A DNA stretch of 63,671 nucleotides, filler included, from Thraustochytrium aureum (lineage: Eukaryota): NCBI GenBank assembly GCA_012862495.1. It is 6 parts of 6 records of this genome, joined end to end, with 100 filler letters (N's around TTAATTAATTAA, not from the genome) between each part and the next. Parts side by side here need not be neighbours in the genome. Positions count along the whole stretch, not along the records: positions 14,594 to 26,393 come from BLSG01000304.1; positions 26,494 to 56,715 come from BLSG01000305.1; 4 more parts are not named here. One strand, given 5' to 3'. Each line of letters begins with the position of its first letter. Position 1 is the stretch's first letter. The position numbers and the translations under genes are program-made. Below, piece by piece: positions 24,200 through 35,736 of this stretch. Below the pieces are notes generated by a model. That model worked only from the letters and a program-made list of their open reading frames with translations. It was not told where the DNA came from and made no database searches.

Positions 24200-25026
24200 C
24201 CCAGGCTCGCGTTGTGCGCATGGTTGATGACGAGCGAGCGACCCCTGACCCGGACGCGGTGTGCGACCCAGCTTAGAAACCCTTGTGGATGACGGAGAGG
24301 TATTCTTCGGATGGCCAGGAGAGCAAGAATCTGGTTCTGATCTGTTACTGCACGTTGCACAACCAAACGCCACGCCAATTAGAGCAAACGGCGCGCCGCG
24401 CGATCCACGGCAACGTGACCGCCTCGCGACGCGGGCAACCTCGGCCAGCCTCAACCAGCGGCGCGGCGTGGCGTAGTACGGTGCACATGGCCGACTTACT
24501 CGGCAGGGATCGCCGGGTCTGCGGCCCTGTCCTGGTCCGTCGAGCACGAACTCGGCACCTCAGCAAACGCTCGCTGGTCAGCGGCTCTCGCAGCAGCGGC
24601 GCGCAGAATCAGGTGGACAGGCAGGCAGCCAGGCAGGCTGGCAGCCAGGCAGGCTGGCTGGCACGTAGGGCTCNNNNNNNNNNNNNNNNNNNNNNNNNNN
24701 NNNNNNNNNNNNNNNNNNNNNNNNNNNNNNNNNNNNNNNNNNNNNNNNNNNNNNNNNNNNNNNNNNNNNNNNNNNNNNNNNNNNNNNNNNNNNNNNNNNN
24801 NNNNNNNNNNNNNNNNNNNNNNNNNNNNNNNNNNNNNNNNNNNNNNNNNNNNNNNNNNNNNNNNNNNNNNNNNNNNNNNNNNNNNNNNNNNNNNNNNNNN
24901 NNNNNNNNNNNNNNNNNNNNNNNNNNNNNNNNNNNNNNNNNNNNNNNNNNNNNNNNNNNNNNNNNNNNNNNNNNNNNNNNNNNNNNGAGGGCGGTGAGTC
25001 AGTTTTCGCCGGCAAGCGATGAGGCG

Positions 25027-26393
25027 ATGTGGCATCGTGTCGCCACAATGGACGCGACAGCAAACTCTACTGGCGCGGCGGCAAGTGGCGGCAGTTGCCG
25101 GGGCGCGTGCGAAGAGCACCAGCGGGCCTGGCTCGAGTGCCGGCGCGAGCAGGGAATGTTCTCTGCACGCAAGCGTGGGGCTGCGGAGGAGCTGCGTCCA
25201 GCGCGTCAACTTGGGCACACGAGCACCCTTGGCCTGTCCCGGTCGAGCTGCGGAACGATTCGGGGCAGCAGCGCCAGTGTCGGGCACCTCGGGTGCGACG
25301 AGCTCGAGAAGGAGCGGCAACGGCTTGGACGCAAGAGGCAACGGCGGCACAACCTGGACGGCCTCGTCCACTTTCGATCCCTGGGCGAGTTCCTCCGCAC
25401 GAAGCGACACGTCGAACACGGCAACCTGCGGCAGACGTTCATGGCCAACGGCTACCACCTGGTCCGGCCGCTCGGCGCAGGCACATTCGGGCAGGTGTTC
25501 CTGGCAAGGCTTCTCGGATCAAATGTCCGCAAAGCCGTCAAGGTCCTCGACGTCGGCAAGCGACAAGAAGATCGCGACTACTCGTGGCTCACAGCAGAGG
25601 AGCGCACGCAAGCGCACAGCGACGCACGCGCCATTTGGTCCGAGATTTCGCGGCTCCCTGACGGCGTTGTGAAACAGCGAATGACCAAGTCCTACAGCGA
25701 GCTGCAAGACTATCTGCGCAAGGAGCACGATCCGCAGCAGCGGGGCCGGCGCCGCCCAGTCACTGAGCATGAGATCTTGCAGCGTCTGTCGCCGCACCCG
25801 TTTGTTGCCAATCTGGACGGGGCGTTTCGCGACCACCCGAAGTTGTGCATGGTGTTCCCGTTTTACAACGGCGGAACACTGCGCGAGTTGCTCAATGCAA
25901 ATGGCGGCAGGATGTCGGAGGACCAAGCGCGATTTTACGCCGCGGAGCTGGCGCTCGGGCTGCAGTTTCTTCAGGACAACAACGTCGCCCACCGCGACAT
26001 CAAGCCGGAGAATGTTCTGCTCTGTTCTGCTGGGCATGTCGCAATTTCTGACTTTGGGCTGGCAACGCGGCTGCACGGCGGCCTCAAGACGCTCTGCGGC
26101 ACAGCAGAGTACATCGCCCCAGAGGTACTGTGCAGCAAGACGTGGACCTCAAAGTACCTTGACTGGTGGGCGTTCGGCGTGACCGTGTACGAACTGTTGG
26201 TTGGGCGGACGTAAGTTTGGGTTTCCATGGATGCGCGCACTGCGCGTTCCCCTTCGCGGCTTGAGCGAGTTGACACAGAGCGCTAACGCCCCGGACTGGC
26301 TGCGGCAGCCCCTTTGGCGCGCCAGACGCGCAGTCTGTGTTCCTGAACACCTTGACCGCACCGCTGCGGTTTCCAGCGGACGTCTCGCCCACC
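25027..26393 (+). CDS. AGC-group Ser/Thr protein kinase, 3'-truncated; intron 26211-26308
   Basis: LGAGTFGQV, AVKVL, HPFVANL, ARFYAAELALGL, HRDIKPENVLL, DFG, TLCGTAEYIAPE, DWWAFG. The GTAAGT..GCTAAC..GCAG intron gives GRTPFG. Confidence 0.92.
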
Positions 26394-26493
26394 NNNNNNN
26401 NNNNNNNNNNNNNNNNNNNNNNNNNNNNNNNNNNNNNTTAATTAATTAANNNNNNNNNNNNNNNNNNNNNNNNNNNNNNNNNNNNNNNNNNNN
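26394..26493. other. Artificial scaffold-joining linker
   Basis: 44 N + TTAATTAATTAA + 44 N. Confidence 0.97.
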
Positions 26494-26614
26494 ACGAGGG
26501 CCACCGCGGCGGAAAAAGAAAGGCTGTCGTGTTGTGCTTGCTCGCTAGCGGCGGGCCCGGCCGAGGCGAGCGGGGCTTGATCGGCGCAAGGGCGCAGGCG
26601 CGCGCGTAGGCACG

Positions 26615-27727
26615 ATGTCGGTCGTGCAGAAGATTGCGGAGATTGAGAATGAGATGGCGAGGACGCAGAAGAATAAGGCCACGGCCAAGCACTTGGGCCT
26701 GCTGAAGGCCAAGCTCGCCAAGCTGCGGACGGAGCTGCTCGTCGGGAACAAGTCTGGCGGCGGCGGCGGAGGGGAGGGCTTCGAAGTGGCCAAGGCGAGC
26801 AACGACACGCGCATTGGGTTTGTGGGGTTCCCCTCGGTGGGCAAGTCCACGCTCCTGACCAAGCTCACGGGAGTGTACTCCGAAGCGGCCGCGTACGAGT
26901 TTACGACGCTGACGTGCGTCCCCGGCGTCCTCGAGTACCGCGGTGCGCGCATCCAGCTGCTCGACCTTCCAGGTATCATTGAAGGCGCCAAGGACGGCAA
27001 GGGCCGCGGTCGGCAGATTATCGCCACCGCGCGAACTTGCAATGCGCTGCTTATTGTGCTGGACGCGAGCAAGCCCGTAACGCACAAGAAAGTGATCGAG
27101 AAGGAGCTGCACGGCTTTAACATCCGGCTGAACAAGCAGCCCCCGGGCTGCCTGTTCCGCAAGAAGGACAAGGGCGGGATTTCGTTCACCAACACGATGA
27201 AGGACAAACCGACCAACCTCGACCTGGAAACTGTGACGGCGATCCTGCGCGAGTACAAGATTCACAACGCGGACGTCGTGCTTCGCGAGGACATCACGGC
27301 GGACGACCTCATCGACGTCATCGAGGGCAACATCGTGTACATGCCCTGCATTTACGTGCTCAACAAGATCGACGCGATCTCCATGGAGGAGCTCGACCTC
27401 CTCGACCAAGTGCCGCACTACGTGCCCATCTCCGCCAAGGACGAGTGGAACCTGGACGAGCTGCTCGAGTCCATGTGGGACTACTGCAAGATGATCCGCA
27501 TCTACACCAAACCGCAAGGCCAGATCCCCGACTACAATGCGCCTGTGATTCTGCACGAAAAGTCGCCCACCGTGGGCAGCTTTTGCGACCGCATCCACAG
27601 GTCTCTCCGGAAAGACTTTAAGCACGCACTCGTCTGGGGCTCTAGCGCAAAGCACCAGCCACAGCGCGTCGGCATCAACCACGTTTTGCACGACGAGGAC
27701 GTCGTGCAGATCGTCAAGAAAATCTAG
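26615..27727 (+). CDS. DRG1: Developmentally regulated GTP-binding protein 1 (DRG/OBG family)
   Basis: [63 protein letters not shown] domain ending [11 protein letters not shown]. Confidence 0.96.
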   Translation: MSVVQKIAEIENEMARTQKNKATAKHLGLLKAKLAKLRTELLVGNKSGGGGGGEGFEVAKASNDTRIGFVGFPSVGKSTLLTKLTGVYSEAAAYEFTTLTCVPGVLEYRGARIQLLDLPGIIEGAKDGKGRGRQIIATARTCNALLIVLDASKPVTHKKVIEKELHGFNIRLNKQPPGCLFRKKDKGGISFTNTMKDKPTNLDLETVTAILREYKIHNADVVLREDITADDLIDVIEGNIVYMPCIYVLNKIDAISMEELDLLDQVPHYVPISAKDEWNLDELLESMWDYCKMIRIYTKPQGQIPDYNAPVILHEKSPTVGSFCDRIHRSLRKDFKHALVWGSSAKHQPQRVGINHVLHDEDVVQIVKKI

Positions 27728-28185
27728 CTCGCCGCTCCGCCGGCNNNNNNNNNNNNNNNNNNNNNNNNNNNNNNNNNNNNNNNNNNNNNNNNNNNNNNNN
27801 NNNNNNNNNNNNNNNNNNNNNNNNNNNNNNNNNNNNNNNNNNNNNNNNNNNNNNNNNNNNNNNNNNNNNNNNNNNNNNNNNNNNNNNNNNNNNNNNNNNN
27901 NNNNNNNNNNNNNNNNNNNNNNNNNNNNNNNNNNNNNNNNNNNNNNNNNNNNNNNNNNNNNNNNNNNNNNNNNNNNNNNNNNNNNNNNNNNNNNNNNNNN
28001 NNNNNNNNNNNNNNNNNNNNNNNNNNNNNNNNNNNNNNNNNNNNNNNNNNNNNNNNNNNNNNNNNNNNNNNNNNNNNNNNNNNNNNNNNNNNNNNNNNNN
28101 NNNNNNNNNNNNNNNNNNNNNNNNNNNNNNNNNNNNNNNNNNNNNNNNNNNNNGCGCTTCTGCGCCGTTCAGCTCCGCACCAACG

Positions 28186-29303
28186 ATGGGCCAGGCCATC
28201 TCGTCCTGCTTCACCGACGAGGACCAGGAAGATATGCACCGCGAACCGGGCACTGGCCTGGCCTTGCTTTCCTCCGCCAGCGCCGAGAATGGGCGCGAGG
28301 CAGCACGAGCCGCCTCCGAGCGGCGCATCAGGCCTGCAGGGCTCAGTGATGCTCACGAGCCGGCAGCGCAAGAAAATAGTCGAGGAAACCCGGGCCCAAT
28401 TCGCCTGGCCATCGTGAGCGTGGGCATAATTGGCACCGGGCGGTCAAGCTTCATCAACACGTTGCTCAACTCGAGTGACGCTTGCAGGGTGAGCGGGGGG
28501 CAGCTTCGGGGCACCAGGGGCTGCGATCTCGTCGTCGGAGCGCAGTCCAATCCGCTTCAAGATAGCCCCGACGCAGTGCTCGACTTTATAGACAGTGAGG
28601 GACTGCGGAGCGACCAGGTTGTCAAGCCGGCAGAGCTCCAGGCGCTCCTCGAGGCGCTCGCGCCGTCTGTAGCGGCCTTCCCCGGCGGCACCGCCTCGCA
28701 CATCCTCTTCTCGTTAGACGTCGAAGACCGGCAGAACAGTCCAACAGTGGCCAACCTTCTGGCCCTCGTCGAGCTATTCCGCGGGGCTCGGGCCAACTGC
28801 TTCTTGTGCCTCACAAAGTGGAACAGCAACTCGGTGCAGGCCGAGTGGAACCGCCGGCTGCTGCGGTGGTTTCGCGCTCACCGCAAAGCGACATCAGCCC
28901 GCGACATCGCCGAGCCGCCCCCGAGCCCCGAAGAGATGCTAGAAGACTACGAGGCCTACCTGGCCACCAAGCTAACGGATCCCGCCGAGGCAGGAGCTCT
29001 GCACAAAATGCGCCTGCTCCTCGAGTTTTTCCAAGGCCGCGTCATCTGGGCGTACAACCTGGACAACATGCAACAAGAAGACCGCGCCGACGGGGAGCTG
29101 GCTCCGCACGAGGAGTTTCTCTTTCGGCATTACCGCTCTGCTGCCCTCGAGACCTTGGCGACCGTGGCGAGTGCCACGCCCCCATCGAAGCAGTTCCTGT
29201 CCAAGCCCTCGCCGTCGTCCGCGAACGCGATGCGCTGGCCGAGCTCGCGGCCAGGACCGTTGCGACGGCCCAGCGCGAACTCGATGTGCTTGGCAACGCG
29301 TGA
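28186..29303 (+). CDS. Atypical P-loop GTPase (AIG1/GIMAP/Era-like) with N-acylation motif; probable frameshift ~29180
   Basis: MGQAISSCF N-terminus; G1-like GIIGTGRSSFINTLL, G3 FIDSEG, G4-like CLTKWN. Confidence 0.6.
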
Positions 29304-29464
29304 AGCGCCAGGAGGCGGGTGTGTGGGGTTGGAGCAGCGCCCCGCGCGAGCGCCAGGCCCCTTGTTCATTCATATGCAAAAAAAAACAGATCTTCGTTTA
29401 CTTTCTCGGCGCTGGAGACCTCGAAATCAATCACTTTGCTTGTTGCCGTTCTGGGCTGGAGCGG

Positions 29465-31062
29465 TCACGTCCGCAGCACTGCAACAAGGGGCAGGCCGCC
29501 GTTCACCGTCAGCGTGATCCCAGGCGAGTACGGCGGCTCGACGGGGCCTCGAGCCAAGGTGAAACGAAACCGGCGCACCAGTTCGACCGTGAGCACCTTG
29601 GCTTCAAAGGTGGCCAGCGCCATGCCTAGGCATTGGCGCGGGCCGGGCTGGAACGTGGGAAACTCCCACTCCGTCGGGTTGACCTTGTCCGGGCCGACCC
29701 AACGCTCGGGCTTGAAGGAGATATCTTCGCCCCAGATGTGCGTGCTGCGACCCATCGCGTAGGTCTCAAAGTTGACCTTGCCCCCGGCCGGGACCCACGT
29801 CCCGTCTGGGAGGACGTCCTCCTCTACCGCTTCTTTGCCGTCAGTTGGGACCGGCGGGAACAGCCGAAGCGCCTCGTTGACCACGCCATTCAGGTACTCA
29901 AAGCCGTTCTTGAGCTGCTCGAGCGTGGGGGCCGGGATCGAGTCGGGGTGGCCCTCGCCGAGCTCCCGCGCGATCTCCTCGTACAGCCTCTCTTGCACTT
30001 GAGGGTGCTCCGAGAGGAGGAGGAAGGTGAACGAGAGCGCGCTTGCTGTCGTGTCGCGGCCGGCGATGAAGAAGCTCATCACGACGTCGCGCAGGAACAC
30101 GCGGCTCGCTTTGGAGATCGTGGCGCTCGGGTCCGCCGGAAGGTCGCCGCTGCTCCGCATTGAGTTGATGAAATGCGACAGGATATCTGTCTTCAAGGCC
30201 ACCTCTGGGTCGGCGAGGCGCTCTCGGATTACATTGTCGAAAAGTCGTCCATGGTGCGGATGTGCCGGTTCAGCTCGCGCTCGGCGCTGTAAATAGGCCC
30301 GAGGATCTCCACAAACGGCAGCAGGAACCGCCGCGCAGTGAGCTTTTGCGCCTTGTCGAAAGCGTCCGCAAAGGCCGTGTTGCCGTCGCTGTCGAGCGTC
30401 CTGAGGTCGACACCGAACCCGATCGACCCGATAGAGTCCATCGTGAACTTGAAGAACACGGTCTGCATGTCGACTGCCTCTTTCCCGCGCGTCTGCTCGA
30501 GGCGCGCGATGATCTTTTGGCTGTTGCGCGAGAACGTGTCGTACATGCACCCTTGGAACACGTTGCGCGTGAAGATCTTGGAGGCTGTTTTGCGCTGGTA
30601 AAACCACGTCGCGCCTTGGTCGTGCGCGTGGGGGCCGTGATTCACGGCAAAAATGCCGTGGCCCAAGAGCGGGCTCAACACCGAGATGGTCTTGTCACCC
30701 TTCAAAAAGTTGTTGAAGCGCGTTTTCAGGATGTACTTGACGTTCTCAGGGTCCGTTGAGGCCAGGATGAGCCGCGGGTCAAAGAAGGCCGTAACGTTGC
30801 CAAAGGTCTTGCCGAGCTCTTTGGACTCGCTCAACTTCCAGTCGTAAAGCCGCGACCAGTTGTTGCGAATGATGGACATCACGCCGATCGGGCCCACGTC
30901 AATGTGCTTGTGCGGCGCCGTCGGGTTGCGCTTCATAAACTCGGTGATCAGCCGGCGCTGCTGCAGGTACAGCCTCACCAGAGCAAGCACCATTCCCGCG
31001 CCGAGAACCTGCACGAGCCTCTTCAACACCGTTGCCACGCGTTGCGCCATGGACTCGCTCAT
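29465..31062 (-). CDS. Cytochrome P450 (CYP86-clan/CYP704-like, fatty-acid hydroxylase type); frameshift ~30243
   Basis: N-terminal anchor, TDPENVKYILK..F.NF.KG, LLGHGIF, QRKTASKIF, FFIAGRDTT, EALRLFPPVP, FKPERW, heme motif FQPGPRQCLG. Confidence 0.93.
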
Positions 31063-31624
31063 CTCGCCCACCTCGACGGGCCCCAACCAAGGAGCAACAG
31101 AGTGCGGAGCAACCGAGTGCGCCAACGAGAGATCCGCGAGTCGATCGGTCCACGCTCGCTGATGCAGGGACCTCTGCTGCTCTTCGGGGTTGCTGCTCCG
31201 GGGCTCGTGCAGCTCACGAAGCGCGGGTGCACGATCGCGGTCAGGTCTGTTCTGGCGCGCAAGTGTTGAGCCTCTTTTTTCTCACGCCGTCCTCTCTGTA
31301 CACCCCCTCCCGGAATCCCGCTCCCTTTAGAACCTCCGCCTCCCGGGGCCAAGCAACGCTCGACCGTTTTTAAAGAGCGACGACGTCCTCTTTGCACAAG
31401 AGCGTCGCACAAGTGTCGCATCGCACAATGCGTCCATCGGTCCAAAACGACCGCGATGGATGATGCGTGACGTCCATCGGGTCCAAAAAGATCGCGATGC
31501 GTCGACCAGATCGATGGAAAAGGCCGGGCAGGCGGGCGGCCAGGGGGAGTTGGCTCTTTTAGCTAGAGTAATCCTGTTCCTACTCCCTACCGGTGCGCGA
31601 ACACGAACAACACATTTTACTTTG

Positions 31625-34600
31625 TTAGAACTCCTTCCGCTCGAGGTTGAGGACGCCATCCCAAAGCGGGTTGGGGCAGACCGAGCCGTGCTCCTCAAAG
31701 GCAGCCTTGACGCGAGACTCGAGCAAAAGCTCCGCCCCGTCGATTAGCCCCCCCTTCTCCGCCCGGATGGCGATGAATTGGTCAAGCGCTCGCTGGAACG
31801 AGCCGTCCTGGAAAAGGTGCAAGGCTGTTTCGTAGCGAGCGATGGCCTCGAGCCGCAGCGGGTCGACCTCTTCCACAGGGCCGTACGCCGTCAAAAAATC
31901 GGTCGCTCGCGCGCCTGGGCCGCCAAGCTCTTCGTACGACTTGATGCCTGCGAAGGTCGGCAAGTTGCGGAGCGTCCGCGCCAGCTCATCAGCGCGAGCG
32001 CGCAAAGACCGAACCGGCTTGCGCGCACCGGAAACCCTTGCCTGGCTCTCCTTTCCCTGCGGCTGGTCCTGCGGTGGCATAAGAGGAGCCGAGAAGCCCG
32101 ACCCGTGCTCGGTCGTGCTTGACGACGAGTCCAAATTGTCGCGCGACTCCTCCCCGTTCATCAAAGTCAGCGACGACGCCTCACCCGGACGATCCCTGGA
32201 GTGGAGCCTGGCAGACATTGCTACAAGCTCGTAGATCCGCATCGGGACCGCCTTGCCTTTAACAGCACGCGATCGAGCTCCCGGGTGAGAAAGAGCCCCC
32301 GCGGAAGCCTTCTGAACGTGTCCTGGGAGACGATGACGCTCGTGCAATACAGCTTGTTCACGCCCTCCAGCCTCGAAGCGGCATTAACAGCGTCCCCGAT
32401 AGCTCCGTGCTTGAACTTGGTGAGCGAGCCGATAAAGCCGGTCAGAACTCGGCCCGTATGAATCCCGACACGAACCCGGAGTGGCCCAACTCCATCGGCC
32501 GCAAAGATTTGCCCGAGGCGGTCGTTCAGGTGCGGCAGCGAGTGTTGCATCGCCAACGCGGCAGCGCACGCCTTGGCGGCGTGGTCCGAGCAATGAGCGG
32601 GCGTGTTCCAATACGCAAGAATACCATCGCCAAGGATCTCGCTCACCTCGCCCCCGTACGCCTCGACAACCTCTGTCATCACGGTGAGATACTTGGTCAA
32701 GAAGAAAAGGAGCTTGTCTTCGCGCAATCGCTCCGAGATGCTCGTGAACCCCTCAATATCGGAAAAGAGCACGGTCACCGTCTTGCGGACAACATGCAGG
32801 CGGCGACCAACGCCATCCTTGTCCGTGACGATCTCCTTGACGACCGAGTTTGGCACAAACTTGGTGACCACGCCGAGCGTGTCGCATATTGTATTGTACC
32901 TCGACTGCATCACGGCCACCTCCTCGATGTGCGAGAACTGCTTTGCTGGGATCCTCTCTAGGTTCATCTCCTCCAGCCCTGACATGTATTTGCTGAGCGA
33001 AACGAGCTTGTCCGAGATCCTCAGCGTGAAAAGCCAGGAGACCACAGCAGTGACGAGAATGACGACGGCAGAGACGATATAGCCCAAATTCTGTGCGCTG
33101 CCTAGCAGACTCTCGAAAGTTCTGACGGCGTCCAGCGTCTTCTGCTGCTTCGAGTCGATGTCCCCATCCAGGAATGCCAAGAGCATATCGCGCGGAATTG
33201 CCGCCACGAGGGCCAGCTTGATATCGGTGCTGTTGCCCACAATGACCTCACCGCTGACTTTGCTCGTCGAGACCACCGTGGTTGCGAAAAAAAATTCTGT
33301 CCCTTCTCCTGGCATCTTGATCAGCGCAACACTAGGATCGACGTTCGCGTCAAAGCCCAGCCCGCCCAGCACGTCGGCCTTGACCCAGGATGCAGCAGCC
33401 TCGATGACGTCCGCGTTTGGGTCCGCTGAGAGCGACTCGGCTGCGTTGGATTCTGAGCACAGCCCAGAGGAGCCGAGCAAAGCACCCTGGTGCTCGAGCG
33501 AAGCATCTTTACTCCCAGCAACCATAACAAAGAGAACTGCCCGGGATAAAGCGCCGTGCAAGTCGTCCTCCAAGATGCCCTGGCTCACCAGCTCGCGGCG
33601 CAAGTACTGGAGGCGGTCCGATGCAAAGCAACTAAATGCGTCGCTGTTGACGCTCGCTCTGAAGACATCCATACCGCAGGTCGCACACGGCGGCGGCCAC
33701 AGCAGCGCGGAGGAGAAGGACATGCGCAAATCGCTGCTGCCCTGCAGGGCGTTGGACGATACGCCCCACGCGCCCCAGACTCCAACATTGGGGTCGACTC
33801 TTTGGTGGGTAACCCGCAGGGTCTCGGCGAAGATCGCTGTCGCATTCGCGACCGAACGTGGCGCCCCAAAGTTTCCCTCCCACCCTCCAGAGGAAACAAC
33901 GTGCACGGGTGCGCAAGCAAGCTTGGCTCCTGCACGCAAATAACCAAGCCGTCTCGCCAGTCCANNNNNNNNNNNNNNNNNNNNNNNNNNNNNNNNNNNN
34001 NNNNNNNNNNNNNNNNNNNNNNNNNNNNNNNNNNNNNNNNNNNNNNNNNNNNNNNNNNNNNNNNNNNNNNNNNNNNNNNNNNNNNNNTATTGAACATCAC
34101 CGGGGCCGAACTCGCAGAGAAAGTTGCAGCTAGGGCCGTTTCTCCCCGTGAGGTTTCCCTCCCAACCAACAAACGAGGCGCGCCGTTGAACGAACTGTCA
34201 AGCGCGACGCCCAGATTCCACACATGGTGCATCACCGAGGCCGAACGAACCAGCGGGAGGGTGATCCCCGTTGTGAGGTCTCCGCCTAGCTCGTCGAGAG
34301 TGCTCTGGATAAACCCGACAGCAACTCCCTGATACCGATCCTTTGACGATTGGCTCAGCTCGTTTACAATCAGCGTCACGTTCCGGACAAACTCGTTGCC
34401 AGCTCCGACGGCGCGATCGACAGGGAAAAGCCCAGCGAACAAGCACGCCCCAGAGACGATAAGCAAAAGGGGGAACACCAGCGCGACGCGAAAAGACACG
34501 GTGCACGAGTGCCTCCGCGGCAGGGACTTGGCCGCACGCGCTACCGCATCTTGCTCCTCGACAATCGCGAGACGGTGGTTGACGTGCCCTTCCTGTCCGG

Positions 34601-35216
34601 GCACGCGGAAATCGTCCTTGGCGATCGCCCTGGAGACGTCCAGCATCAAGCTGCCGCCGAGGTCGTCGCACACGAGCACCTTGAACGCCTTGGACCCCTT
34701 CTTGGGGCTCATGCGCGACTTGGCCGAAAACGCGCGGACCAAGCGAGTGCTCATTCGCCGCTGTTTGGGGGGTACGGAAGGGTTGGTCACTGGACTGGCC
34801 GGCAAGTCCCAGCCATCGATTGCCGTCTTGCCCATGTCATCCACCAAAATCTCAAGCGAAGGCATTACTAGCACTGGGTCGTCCTCATCGTATTGCCCAG
34901 GGCTTAGCTCGGGGCCTTGCCCAGGGCCTAGCTCGGGGCCTTGCCCAGGGCCTAGCTCCAGGCCTTGCCCAGGGCCTAGCTCCAGGCCTTGCCCAGGGCC
35001 TAGCTCCAGGCCTTGCCCAGAGCCCTCGCCACCGTTCGGAACGCCACAACCAACCCCACCCGGCTCACCCGCGTCAGCTTGCGCCGCATCGGCGCCAATG
35101 CCTTCTTCCACATCCGACTCCGCGCCAGAATCAACCACGGTCTCCACGTCGCTCTCCCTGGCGGCGTCCCTGCTGACCTGCTGCCCTGCCAGGTGCGAGA
35201 TTTCGGCGCCGTCCAT
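31625..35216 (-). CDS. Receptor-type class III nucleotidyl cyclase (2 TM + extracellular domain + HAMP-like + cyclase); N gap and frameshift ~32266
   Basis: TVLFSDIEGFTSISE, EILGDGILAYWN, RVGIHTG, IGDAVNAASRLEG, V-KGK..P..IYEL, C-terminal WDGVLNL; TM segments at both ends of a large loop. Confidence 0.88.
34893..35020. repeat. 24-bp coding minisatellite (ELGPGQGL x5)
   Basis: ttgcccagggcctagctccaggcc, five copies plus a partial, in the cyclase N-terminus. Confidence 0.92.
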
Positions 35217-35736
35217 CCTGCAGCGCCGCGCGCCAGGCCGCCCTGGGCGAGCGAGGCACACAGCGGCGCGCCCGTCGCAGCCGCGGCGCTCTCTGTCGAG
35301 TCCGAACGAGCTCTGCCGGGCCGCCCTGCGCGGCCTGCTCTTGCAGCTCTGCTGTGTTCAGCGACTCCTGCATGTACTGTACTCTTGTCTTGAGTTACAC
35401 TCACTCAATGTAGGCCTTCGGCCGACTTGTTGACGAGCACGTTGAGTTCAGGACCCGATGCTGCAGGCTGCTCTTCGCATGCAAGCCTCTTCGCATGCAA
35501 GCACAGGCCTGCCGGTACTGTGCACGGCAATGCAATGTGCCGACCGACAGGTCGAGGATGCTCTCAGGCTGCTGGGCTGCTTTGGGTTGGTTGTTCGGGT
35601 GGACACTACTACTGGTACTCACCTACCTCCATGCTCGAGCTCGCACGGGTCGCGCTGGTGCAGCCGAGGAGGCCCGCAACGTGAAATGGTGCGGGCGCTG
35701 GCGCAATTGGTTCGGCTTGGCTCGGGTGGACTCGAC

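Noticed and set aside
5540..32280. Programmed frameshifting or mass pseudogenisation (sat ~5553, CobW ~7252/~8280, TUG ~10228/~10842, P450 ~30243, cyclase ~32266)
   Set aside because: Each is repaired by adding or removing one base in a short homopolymer (GG, CCC, TTTT), and the genes are otherwise intact. This pattern indicates sequencing/assembly error.
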